From contig NC_064841.1 in NCBI RefSeq assembly GCF_024166365.1, forward strand, positions 46,439,680-46,503,679: a stretch of 64,000 nucleotides of DNA, given 5' to 3'. The notes under the pieces were generated by a model. That model was given only the letters and a program-made list of their open reading frames with translations, was not told where the DNA came from and searched no databases. This stretch comes from Elephas maximus (lineage: Eukaryota). A program made the translations under genes and the position numbers. Position 1 is the first letter of the stretch. Every line of letters starts with the position of its first letter. Shown here one piece after another: positions 50,119-62,802 of this stretch.

Positions 50119-53100
50119 GAGATGGGGGAGGCAAGATGGGGGTATAGACAGATGCTTCCAGCGAGCCCTCTTTACAACAAAGACCTGAAAAAATAAGTGA
50201 AACGAGTATATTTGTGACAAACGCGGAGCCCTGAGCTTCAGACGCAAGCTTAAAAAACGAACTCAGGGGCCGGGAGACGAAGAGACCTTACAGAAGCAGA
50301 GAGGAGTTACTGGACATGAATCGCAGGGAGCCCTCAGGCACCATTCCTGAAGCAACAGCAGCGGCAGCGCGCTGGTACTAGGGTTCAGACGCAGTTTCCT
50401 TAGGGAGAAGCAGCCAGCCACACAGCCTACTCACACCTCCTAAACCTGAGAAGAATGGCACTCTCGGCAAAAGCAAGCTTCAGCAGATCATTTCCCTGGG
50501 CCTGAAATAGGCCCTGTTGAGCACCTACAGCAATCCTCCCAGCCTTGGGGAAGGAAAAAATTTACAATTGGTGGAAAAGAAAATTTGCTACCTCCACTAA
50601 CTAGGGGAGCTGAGGACAGAAGCGGCTCCTGTCCAGGCATAAACCGTCCATGGACGCTGACAAACTTTCCCTTCTGCATGGACCTCTGTGGGCGTATTTC
50701 GAGACAATAGACCCTTGATGGCAAATTCCAACCATTTCAGCTGTGCAGTGGAGAGGTGGGTGTTTGATGTTTGACTTTGGTTTCCCAATTAAACAAGGTC
50801 CTCACCGACCCACATCAGGAACCTAAGGACTGGTAGCTCCACTCAGGCCACCCAGCCACCCACGACAGGGGTCCAAAGATAACTGGTAACTCCCAGTCCT
50901 TATGACCAAAAACTTGGGGTGCCCATGGTCCCTCTGCAGAACCCACCCACCAGGATGCTCTAGGGAACAGAGACGCATTTTCTTCAGACACCTGGGGGTC
51001 AGTTCTCAGCGCCCTGCCTTATTCAGAGTGTGACCCCCTGTTACAATCAAATACCAGTATACATGCCAATCACCCCTGCCCCTCTAAGACTGTAGGACAG
51101 AGCCTGTACCACACACTTAATATCACCTACCTGGAAATCTGAGCTGAATTCATACAAGAAAACTGAATGGAATCCTAGGCTGATATACCTGATAGCAGCT
51201 CTAGCCAGCTGGCGGCAGGACACCAGAGCTCCAAACGTGAAAATAATCAAACTAGATCACTCAAGCAACACATACGGGTATAACAAAACAAAATAAGGCA
51301 AGCAGCTACGACACAGTAAGCAAGCATAAACTAATACAATAACTTATAGATGGCTCAGAGACGACAGTCAATATCAAGTCAAATAAAGAAACATACCATG
51401 ATACCTCAACAGGTTCTCAAAACAAAGAATCCAGGGAGCTTCTAGATCAAAGTGCATTCCTGGAATTATCAGATGCAGAATACAAAAGTTTAATATACAG
51501 AACCCTTCAAGATATCACGAAGGAAATGAGGCAATACGTAGACGAGCCAAGGAACACACAGATAAAGCAACTGAAAAAGTCAGAAAGATTATTCAGGAAC
51601 ATAATGAAAAGTTTAATAAGTTCGAAAAATCCATAGCAATCAGAAATTCAGAAGATTAACAACAAAATTACAGAATTAGATAACAATAGAAAGTCAGAGG
51701 AGCAGAACTGAGCAAGTAGAAGCTAGAATTTCTGAACTTGAAGACAAATCACTTCGCACTAATATATTTGAAGAAAAATCAGATAAAAGAATTTAAAAAA
51801 ATGAAGAAACCTTAAGAATCATGTGGGACTCTATCAAGAGAAATAACCCACGAGTGATTGGAGTACCACAACAGGGAGGGATAACAGAAAATACACGGAA
51901 AACTGTTGAAGATTTTTTGGCAGAAAACTTCCCTGACATTGTGAAATGTCAGAAGATTTATCCAAGATGCTCATCAAACTCCACATAAGGTAGATCTGAA
52001 AAGAAAGTCACCAAGACATATTATAATCAACCTTCCCAAAACCAAAGATAAAGAGACAATTATAAGAGCAGTGAAGGATAAACAAAAAGTCACCTACACC
52101 TACAATAGAGAGCCAAAAAGAATAAACTCGGACTACTCAGCAGAAACAATGCACGCAAGAAGGCAAAGGGATAACATATTTAAAAAATTGAAGGAAAAAA
52201 ATTGCCTGCCAAGAATCATAAATCTCCATCAAAACTGTCTCTGAAATATGAAGGTAAAATTAAGACATTTTCAGATAAATACAAGTTGAGGGAATTCGTA
52301 AAAAGCAAGCCAAAACTACAAGAAATACTAAAGGGAGTTCTTTGGTTAGAAAACCAATAATATCAGGTATCAACCCAAGACTAGAACACTGGGCAGAGCA
52401 ACCAGAAGTCAACCCAGACAGGGGAATCGAAAAAACAAAAAAAAAAGGAAGATTAAAAAAAAAAAAGCCCAACACAGGGTAACGGCGATGTTATTATTTA
52501 AAAGATGACAGGTTTAAGAAATGTAATCATACACCTTCCATATGGAGAGGAAGACATGGCGAAACAAACAAAAGTTAGTTATAAATTTAGAAAAATAAGG
52601 GTAAATAATAAGGTAACCACAAAGAAGACAAACTATCCTACCCATCAAAATAAAATACAAGGGAAAAATACAGACTCAGCAGAAACAAAATCAACAACAA
52701 ATATGAGGAAAGGACAATATATAAAGAAAATCTACTCAGCACATAAAATCAAGTGGGAAAAACAAGCTGCCAACACACAAAAAAAGACATCAAAATGATA
52801 GCACTAAATTCATACCTATCCATAATTACCCTGAATGTAAATGGACTAAATGCAGCAACAAAGACACAGAGAGTGGCAGAATGGATTAAAAAACACGATC
52901 TGTTTATATGCTGCCTACAAGAGACACACCTAAGACTTAGAGACACAAACAAACTAAAACTCAAAGGATGGAAAAAAATATATCAAGCAAACAACAATTG
53001 AAAAAGAGCAGGAGTGGCAATATTAATTTCTGACAAAATAGACTTTCAAGTTAAATCCATCTGAAAGGATAAGGAAGGACACTATATAATGATTAAAGGG

Positions 53101-56100
53101 ACAATACACCAAAAAGATATAACCATATTAAATATTTATGCACCCAATCAGAGGGCTGCAAGATACATAAAACTCTATCAGCGTTAAAAAGTGAGGTAGA
53201 CAGCTCCACAATAATAGTAGGAGACTTCAACACACCACTTTCAGCGAAGGACACGACATCCAGAAAGAAGCTCAATAAAGACACGGGTTATATAAATGCT
53301 ACAATCAACCAACTTGACCTCATAGACATATACAGAACACTCCACCCAACAGCAACCAACTATGCTTTCTTTTCTAGTGCACATGGAACATTCTCTAGAA
53401 TAGACCACATATTAGGTCATAAAGCAAGCCTTAGCAGAATACAAAACATTGAAATATTACAAAGCATCTTCTCTGACCACAAGGCCATAAATGTGGAAAT
53501 CAATAACAGGAAAAGCAGGGAAAAGAAATGAAACACTTGGAAACGAACAATACCCTGCTCAAAAAAGACTTCATTATACAAGACATTAAGGATACAATAA
53601 GGAAATTCAGAGAATCTAATGAGAGTGAAAATACTTCCTATCAGAACCTTTGGGACACAGCAAAAGTGGTCTCAGAGGCCAATTTATATAAATAAATGCA
53701 CACATTCAAAAAGAAGAAAGAGCCAAAATCAAAGAATTATTCCTACAACTTGAACAAATAGAAAGAGAGCAACAAAAGAAAGCCACAGGTACTAGAAGAA
53801 AACAAATAATAAAAATTAGAGCTGAACTAACTGAAATAGAAAGCACAAAAACAATTGAAAGAATTAACAAGACCAAAAGCTGGTTTTTTTAAAAACTGAA
53901 CAAAATTGATAAACCACTGGCCATACTGACAAAAGAAAAGCAGGAGAGGACGCAAATAACCCGAATAAGAAAGGAGAGGGGCGATACTACAACAGACCCA
54001 ACTGAAATGAAACGAATCATATCAGATTACTATGAAAAACTATACTCAAATTTGAAAACCTAGAAGAAACGGATGAATTCCTAGAAATACACTAGCTACC
54101 TAAACTAACACAAACAGAGGTAGAACAACTAAATAGTCCCATAACAAAAGAAGAGATTGAAAAGGTAATCAAAAAACTCCCAACAAAAAAAAAGCCCTGG
54201 TCCGGATGGCTTCACTGCAGAGTTCTACCAAACTTTCAGAGAAGAGTTAACACCACTACTACTAAAGGTATTTCAGGGCATAGAAAAGGATGGAATACTA
54301 CCTAACTCATTCTATGACACCACCATATCCCTGATACCAAAACCAGGTAAAGACACCACAAGAAAAGAAAATTATAGACCTGTATCTCTCATGAATGTAC
54401 ATGGAAAAATCCTGAACAAAATTCTAGCCAATAGAGTTCAACGACATATCAAAAAAATAATTCACCATGACCAAGTGGGACTCATACCAGGTATGCAGGA
54501 ATGGTTCAACATTAGAAAAACAATTAATTGTAATCCACCACATACATAAAAAAAAAAAGACAAGAATCGCATGACTTTATCAATTGATGCAGAAAAGGCA
54601 TTTGACAGTTCAACACCCATTCATGATAAAAACTCTCAGCAATATAAGAATAGAAGGAAAATTCCTCAACCTAATAAACAACATTTATACAAAGCCAATA
54701 GCCAACATCACCCTAAATGGAGACAGCCTGGAAGCATTCCCATTGAGATCGGGTACCAGACAAGGATGCCCTTTATCACCGCTCTTATTCAAATTGTGTT
54801 GGAGGTCCTAGCCAGAGCAATTAGGCTAGATAAAGAAATAAAGTGCATCCATATTGGCAAGGAAGAAGTTAAAGTATCTCTATTTGCAGATGACGTGATC
54901 TTATACACAGAAAACCCTATGGAATCTTCCAGAAAACTACTGAAACTAATAGAAGAGTTCAGCAGACTATCAGGATACAAGATAAACATACAAAAATCCA
55001 TTGGATTTCTCTACACCAACAAAAAGAACATCGAAGAGGAAATCACCAAATCAATGCCATGTACAGTAGCCCCCAAGAAGATAAAATACTTAGGAATAAA
55101 TCTTACCAGAGATGTAAAAGACTTATACAAAGAAAACTACAGTACACTTCTGCAAGAAACCAAATGAGGCTTAGGTAAGTGGAAGAACATACCTTGCTCC
55201 TGGATCGGAAGACTTAACTTTATAAAAATGTCTACTCTACCAAAAGCAATCTATACATTTAATGCAATTCTGATCCAAATCCCAACGACATTCTTTAATG
55301 AGATGGAGAATCAAGTCACCAACTTCATAGGCAAGGGAAAGAGGCCCCGGATAAATAAGGCATTACTGAAAAAGAAGAACAAAGTGGGAGACCTTACTTT
55401 ACCTGATTTTAGAACCTATTATACCACCACAGTAGTCAAAACAGCCTGGTACTGGTACAAGAACAGATACATAGACTAATGGAACAGAATTGAGAATCCA
55501 GGCATAAATCCATCCACATACGAGCAGCTGATATTTGACAAAGGCCCCAAAACAGTTAAATGTGGAAAAGACAATCTTTTTAAAAAATGGTGCTGGCATA
55601 TGGATATCCATCTGCAAAAAAAAGAAACAAGTCCCATACCTCACTCCATGCACAAAAACAAGCTCGAAATGGATTAAAGGCCTAAATATAAAATCTAGAA
55701 CGATAGAGATCATGGAAGAAAAAATAGGCACATTAGGAGCCCTAATACATGGCATAAACAGTATACAAAACATTATTAAGAATGTAGAAGAAAAACTAGA
55801 TAACCGGGAGCTCCTAAAAATCAAACACCTATGTGCATCCAAAGACTTCACTGAAACAGTAAAAAGACTACCTACAGACTGAGAAAAATTTTTACCTATG
55901 ACATTTCCGATCAGTGCCTGATCTCTAAAATCTACAGGATACTGCAAAAACTCAACTACAAAAAGACAAATAACCCAATTAAAAAATGGGCAAAAGATAT
56001 GAATAGACACTTCACTAAAGAAGACATTCAGGGAGCTAACAGATTCATGAGCAAATGTTCACGATCATTAGACATATGAAGATCAAAACTACAATGAGAT

Positions 56101-57606
56101 TTCATCTCACTCCAACGAGGCTGGCATTAATCCAAAAAACACCAAATAATAAATGCTGGAGAGGCTGTGGAGAGACTGGAACACTTATACAGTGCTGGTG
56201 GGAATGTCAAATGGTACAACTACTTTGGAAATCGATTTGGCACTTCCTTAAAAAGCTAAAAATAGAACTACCATACGATCCAGCAATCCCACTCCTTAGG
56301 ATATAGCCTAGAGAAATAAGAGCCTTTACATGAACATATGTATATATATGCACACCCATGTTTACTGCAGCACTGTTTACAATAGCAAAAACATGGAAGC
56401 AACCAAGGTGCCCATCAACAGATGACTGGATAAATAAATTATGGTATATTCACACAATGGAGTAATACACATCGATAAAGAACAGTGAGGAATCTGTGAA
56501 ACATTTCATAACATGGAGGAACCTGGAAGGCATTACGCTGAGTGAAATTAGTCAGTTGCAGAAGGACAAATATTGTATAAGACCACTATTATAAGAACTT
56601 GAGAAACAGTTTAAACTGAGAAGAAAACATTCTTTTGTGGTTACGAGAGGGGAGAGGGAGGGAGAGTGGGAGAGGGGTATTCAACAGTTAGATAGTAGAT
56701 AAGAACTACTTTAGGTGAACACAATTCAGGGGAGGTCAGCACAACTGGACTAAACCAAAAGCAAAGAAGTTTCCTGAATAAACTGAATGCTTTGAAGGCC
56801 AGTGCATCGGGGCAGGGGGTTAGGGACTATGGTTTCAGGGAACATCTAAGTCAACTGGCATAATAAAATCTATTAAGAAAACATTCTGCATCCCACTTTG
56901 AAGAGTGGTGTCTTGGGTCTTAAACACTAGCAAGCAGCCATCTAAGATGCATCAATTGGTCTCAACCCACCTGATCAAAGGAGAATGAAGAACACCAAGG
57001 ACACAAGGCAATTACCAGCCCAAGAGACAGAAACGGCCACATGAAGCAGAGACTAGATCATCCTGAGACCAGAAGAACTAGATGGTGCCCAGCTACAAGT
57101 GATGACTGCCCTGACAGGGAACACAACAGAGAACCCCTGAGGGAGAAGGAGAGCAGTGGGATGCAGACGCCAAATTCTCATAAAAACACCAGACTTGATG
57201 GTCTGACCGACACTAGAAGGGCCCTGGTGGTCATGGCCTCCAGACCTTCTCTTGGCCCAGGAGAGAAACCACACCCGAAACCAACTCATCAGACATGGAT
57301 TAGACAGGACAATGGGTTGGAGAGAGATGCTGATGAGGATTGTGCTACTTGCATCAGGTGGACAGCTGAGACTATGTTGGCATCTCCTGCCTGGAGGGGA
57401 GATAAGAGGGTAGAGGGGGTTAGAAACTGACGAAATGGACACGAAAAGAGAGAATGGAGGGAGAGAGCAGGCTCTCTCATTAAGGGGAGAGGACTTTGGA
57501 GTATGTAGCACGGTGTATATAAGTTTTTGTGTGAGAGACTGAACTGATTGGTAAACTTTCACTTAAAGAACAATAAAAATTATAAAAATAAAGAAAAAAG
57601 AAATTA
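50119..57606 (+). mobile_element. Full-length LINE-1 (element E, about 7.5 kb, a different subfamily from A and B) inserted into F; probable TSD about AAGAAATTA
   Basis: 5' end ...GGCAAGATGGGGGTATAGACAG...CCCTCTTTACAACAAAGACCTG. ORF1 from about 51351, ORF2 from about 52797 (MIALNSYLSIITLNVNGLN...) through about 56580, 3'UTR, A-rich tail. Many stops; no ORF longer than 200 aa in sense. Confidence 0.85.
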
Positions 57607-59371
57607 GAAGAACTGAAAAACACTATAACCAACTATACCTAACAGACATATGTAAAACACTCCACCCAACACAGTATACATTCTTCCCAGCACACGTGGA
57701 TCACTCCCCAGGATAGATCATATCTTAGGAAACAAAGCAAGGTTCAATAAATTTTTAAAGAATTGAAATCAAACAAAGTATCTTTTCCAATCACAACAGA
57801 ATAAAATTAGAAATTAATAACAGAAAGAAAGCTGGTAAGTACACAAATATGAAGAAACTAAATAGCACAGTATTAAATAGCCAATGGATCAAAGAAGAAA
57901 TCAAGAGAGCAGTCAAAAAATATTTAGAGTTGAACAAGAATGAAAACACAACATACCAAAATCTACAGGATGCAGCAAAGGCAAAACTCAGGGAAATTTA
58001 TAGCAATAAATGCCTACATTAAAAAGGAACAAAAATCCCAAATTAACAGCCTACCTCTACAACTACAGGAATGAGAAAAGGAAGAACAAAGTAAGCCAAA
58101 AGCTACCAGAAAAAAAATAATAAAGACCAGAGCTGAAATAGATGAAATAATGAATAGAAAACAGTAGAGAAAATAACAAAACCAGAAGTTGGTTTTTTAA
58201 AAGATCAATAAAATCGACAAACCTTTGGCTAGACTGACAAAGAAAAGAGGAAATGCAAGTATCTAAAACTAGAAACAAATGCAAGGATATTACAACTGAC
58301 CCTACAGAAATAAAAAGGGAATACTATGAACAGCTGTAGGCCAACAAATTAGAAAACTTAGAGGAAATGGACAAATTATTTTGAAACACATAAACTCCCT
58401 ACATTGACTCAAGAAGAAATAGTGGATCTCAACAGACCCACACAAGGTGAAGAGATTGAGTCAGTAAAGCAAAAACCTCCCAACAAATCTAAGTCTTGGA
58501 CCAGATGATTTCACTGGGAAATCCTACCAAACATTTACAGAAGTGACTCCGATCCTGCTTAAACTTTTCCCAAAAACAGAAGAGAAGGGAACACTTCCTG
58601 GCTCATTCTATGAGGCAAGAATTACCCTGATACCAAAGCCAAAAAAAAGACACCAAAAGAAAACTATAGACCAATATCCCTAATGAGCAGAAACCCAAAA
58701 ATACTCAACAAAATACTAGCAAACTGCATCCAAAAACATATTAAACGCATTATACAACATGATCAAGTGGGATTTTCCCCAAGAATGCAAGGGTGGTTCA
58801 ACATTAGAAAATCAGTTGATATAATATACCACATTAATAGAACAAAGGAAAAGAAAGAAGCACATGATCATCCCAGTCAATGCAGAAAAGGTATTTGACA
58901 AAGTTCAACACCCTTTCATAATAAAAACAAACAGGAATAGAAAAGAAATTCCTCAGTGTAATAAAGGGCATTTATGAAAAACCTATAGCTAACATCCATA
59001 CTCAAAGGAGAAAAACAGAGCTTTCGCATTAAGATCAAGAACAAGACAAGGATGTTCACACTCACCACTGCTATTCAACATTATTCTGGAATCCCAGCCA
59101 GAAAAATTAAGCAAGGAAAAAAAAAAGTATCCACACTGGGAAGAAGGAAGTAAAAGTATCCCTTTTCCCAGACAACATGATTCCATATACAAAAAACTCC
59201 AAAGAGTCCACAAGAAAGCTATTAGAACTAATAAATGAATTCAACAAAGTGGCAGTGAACAAGGTCAACACAGAAAAATCAGTGGTGTTTCTATACATCA
59301 GCAATGATCAAGTGAAAAAAGATATTAAGGAAATACTACCATTTACAATAGCACATAAAAGAATAAAGTAC
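57607..59371 (+). mobile_element. Element F, segment 2 (ORF2 EN end and RT)
   Basis: Continues the F reading frame across the E insertion. RT motifs ...[18 protein letters not shown]... Confidence 0.7.
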
Positions 59372-60502
59372 GGGTAATTCCTGACTTACAGTGGGGTTCT
59401 ATTCCTGCAACTCCGTTGTAAGTGGGTTCTGAAATAAGTTGAATACATCATTTGTTTTAGTTTTCATTATTATTGCCTTTTATTATCAGTATCTTTACAA
59501 ATCCAATCTTGGTCTTATAGAAGTTATATTTCAATACACACACATAAAAAAATAGAGATATCATAAAAATTTACCCTAATGATGAAGATTTGGACAACAT
59601 TGGCATTTTTTCAGTTTCGGTAATAACTCCACTTTTGGAAGGTTCTGTATCATCTGGATTATCCCTGGAAATGGGGGTGAGGTTTCTAGTCATTAAATTA
59701 GTGTTGTGTGTATGGTCCTTTTCCTTTTTTCCTCATACAGTTCACAGTAACACCTCACTGTTTCTCAAGTCTGCCTATCAACTTTAGCAAAACAATCAGT
59801 GATTGGGTCCATGTTTTCAAGCAACTAAAGCCTCTGATTTAGTTTTGAAAAAACTTCAGCTAATCCTTTCATTGTAAAATTTTTTGACAACTTCTCTCCT
59901 TCTTCATCATTATTTCTTTCTTCTTTCTTTCCTCTTCAAAGTTCATTAAGTCCTGATCTGTCAATTCCCCATCTTCATGATCTATGAGCTATTCCACATT
60001 GGCAATATCGAGTCTAAATTCAGTGTTCTTGCCATAGGGATGATTTTTCCACCGATCTCTTCCATCATGTTATCCTGATGCTTCTTATGGTACAAAACAC
60101 TGAATAAGACCATACCATAGAATTGGTCTACAATGAAGCCAGCATCAGCGTCGTAACAATGAAGTCAAAGTTGTAACAGCTGTCAGGCACATGTCAGCTC
60201 AGTTGTTGCGTGTTGTTAGAGTTGAACATTGCCCAACTTTCTGTTACAACTCCTGACACTGACTTCACTGTAGACTGGGTCATAACCTGCTACACAGCAG
60301 TGTTTTGAACAGTAAACGATAAAACTGAACATCTGTGAGTGAACACCTGAGGATGATAAATAACATCAGCAAATTATGTGCTGCAACGTTGTGCGTAGTC
60401 TATATTACTAACAATAAAAACCCATAAGATGTACCAAAAGAAAAAAACAGTTTTAAGTGCAGTTCATCCTAACTTGAATACGTCATAAGTTGGGGACTAC
60501 CT
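59372..60502. mobile_element. About 1.13 kb insertion with imperfect roughly 22-bp terminal inverted repeats; candidate non-autonomous DNA transposon (Tc1/mariner-like if TSD is TA, or 4-bp GTAC TSD)
   Basis: Splits the F ORF2 codons ...[11 protein letters not shown]. Left end (C)GGGTAATTCCTGACTTACAGTGGGG versus reverse complement of right end (C)AGGTAGTCCCCAACTTATGACG. Flanked by GTAC/GTAC (TA inside). No transposase ORF. Confidence 0.4.
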
Positions 60503-61224
60503 GTACCTAGGAATAAATTTAACCAGGAAGGTTATACACAAAAAATTATAAAACATTACTAAAAGAAATTAAAGAAGACCTACATAAATGGAAGGCCATT
60601 TCATGTTAATGGATTGGAAGGTTTAATATCCTTAAGGCATCAATACTACTCAAAAAAAGCAATCTATAAATTCAATGCAATCGGAATTCCAACAGCCTTC
60701 TTCACAGAAATGGCAGACCCAATCCTCAAATTTATATGAAAGAGCAAGGAACTCTGAAAAGCTGAAGTAATCTTGAAGAATAATAAAGTAGGAGGACTCA
60801 TGCTTCCTGATTTCTAAACATACTATAAAACCACAATAATAAAAACATCCTGGGACTGGTATAATAACAGATATGTAGACCAACGGAATAAAATTGATAG
60901 TCTGGAAATAAACCCATGTATCTGTGGTCGACTCATTTTCTATGAGGGTGGTAAGTCCATTTGATGGGGAAGGAAGAATCTCTTCAAATAACTGCTGGGA
61001 AACTTCAATTTCCATATGCAGAAGAATGAATCAGGATCTATGCCTCACACCATATACAAAAAACAATTCAAAATGGATCAAGGACGTAAATGCAAAAACT
61101 AAAACCATACAATTCTTAGAAAAAAACATAGAAGTGTGGGTGCAGGGCTTAGTTTTCAATGATAACAGAAGCATGAGCAACAAAAGATAACATAGATAAA
61201 TGGGACCTCATAAAATTAAATACT
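60503..61224 (+). mobile_element. Element F, segment 3 (ORF2 RT to C-terminus)
   Basis: Frame ...LGINLTRKVIHKKL...[31 protein letters not shown]... continues the L1 ORF2 order. Confidence 0.7.
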
Positions 61225-61335
61225 TCTGTTCAAGTGCTCCTTGGAAACCGTATGGGGAAGTTCTACTCTGTCCTATAGGGGTGCTATGAGTCAGAATCCA
61301 CTCAACAGCAACAGGTTTGGGGTTTTTTTGTTTGT
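61225..61335 (+). mobile_element. AfroSINE 3' half (5'-truncated), plus orientation
   Basis: CTCCTTGGAAACCGTATGGGGAAGTTCTACTCTGTCCTATAGGGGTGCTATGAGTCAGAATCCACTCAACAGCAACAGGTTTGGGGTTTTT. Confidence 0.6.
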
Positions 61336-61339
61336 TTTC

Positions 61340-61745
61340 TGTTTTTTAATTTTTATTGTGCTTTAAGTCAAAGTTTACAAATCAAGTCAGTCTCTCATAG
61401 AAAAACTCATATACACCTTGCTATATATATACCTAGGTGCTTTCCCCCTAATGAGACAGCACACTCCTTCTCTCCACTCTCTATTTTCATGTCCATTCTG
61501 TCAGCTTCTGACTCCCTCTGCGTTCTCATCTTCCCTCCAGACAGAAATTACCCATATAGTCTCATGTTTCTACTTGATCCAAAAAGCTCACTCCTCACCA
61601 GTATCATTTTTTATCCCATAGTCCAGTCCAATCCCTGTCTGAAGAGTTGGCTTTGGGAATGGTTCCTGTCTTGGGCTAACAGAAGTCTGGGGCTCATGAC
61701 CTCTGGGGTTGGTTTTGGCTTTTTGTTTGTCAAAGGACTTTACCA
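61340..61745 (-). mobile_element. L1 3'UTR terminal fragment in minus orientation (its poly-A shows as a T-run at about 61320-61350)
   Basis: TTTTTATTGTGCTTTAAGTCAAAGTTTACAAATCAAGTCAGTCTCTCATAGAAAAACTCATATACACC... parallels the minus-orientation L1 tails at 4487 and 6838. Confidence 0.55.
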
Positions 61746-62760
61746 AAGACTGAAGACACAGCCTACGGATTGGTAAAAATTTAGGGGACCATAAATCTGA
61801 CAAAGGCCTAATATCCAAAATACCAAAAAAAAAAAACGACTATAACTTAAGAACAAAATGGCAAACGATACAATCAAAATATGGGTAAAGGCTTTAGTAG
61901 ACATTTCACCAAAGAGGATATTCAAATGGTCAATAAGCACACGAAAAGATGCTCAATGTCATTAGCCATTAACCAAAATAGAGATGCCAATCAAAACCGC
62001 AGTGAGATACCACCTCACTCCCATTAGTATGGCAATGATCAAAAAAAAAAAAAAACAAAAAAGCAAGAGGTGTTGGTGAGGTTGTGGAGAAACTGGAATC
62101 CTCATCCACTGCTAGTGGGAATATAAAATGGTACAACAACTGTTTGGCAGTTCCTGAAAAAGTTGAACAGAGAATTACGATATAACCCATTAATGCTAAT
62201 CCTAGGCACATACCCAGCAGAAACAAATGCAGGAACACAAACAGAAACCTGTACACCAAAGTTCATTGTAGCACTTTTCACAATAGTGAAAAGGTGGAAA
62301 CAACCGAAATGTCCATCAACAGATGAATGGATGAACAAAATGTGGCATATAGATACAATGGAATATTACTCAGCCGTAAAGAGAAACGAAGTCCTGATAC
62401 ATGCCACAATGTGGATGAACCTCAAGAACTGAGCGAAATAAGTCAGTCACAAAAGGACATATATTGTATGATCTCACTTATATTTAATAAGCAAACATAT
62501 AGAAACCAGAAATTATTAGTGGTTACCAGAGGTGGGAGGAAGGGCCAAAGGAAAAGTTATTGCTTACGGGCAGTGAGTTTATGTTAACAATGGTGAATAA
62601 ACTGGTGAAAGATAGCAAAAATGCTTGCAAAACTTGAAGAATGTAATCAATGTGACTAAATTAAAAAAAATTACACAGGTAGAAATTGTTGAATTGGCCT
62701 ATGTTTTGTCATGCATATTTTCACCTCAATAAAAAGAACTACTAAATGAATAACAAAAAG
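61746..62760 (+). mobile_element. Element F, segment 4 (ORF2 C-terminal domain and 3'UTR, L1M-type ending ...CACCTCAATAAAAAGAACTAC)
   Basis: ...SDKGLISKI...FTKEDIQMVNKHTKRCSMSLAINQNRDANQNRSEIPPHSH...NGILLSRKEKRSPDTCHNVDEPQELSEISQSQKDIYCMISLI-like frames, typical of old L1M 3' ends. Confidence 0.7.
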
Positions 62761-62802
62761 TAATTATGGCCAAAAGAACAAACACACAGATATCAATCTT
62801 AC

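Noticed and set aside
55399-56010. 203-aa minus-strand ORF, plus similar antisense ORFs inside L1s (37564-37944, 38365-38835, 43169-43579, 45859-46260)
   Set aside because: These are antisense to L1 ORF2 coding sequence. A-rich sense codons give T-rich, stop-poor antisense frames, and they show no domain signature.
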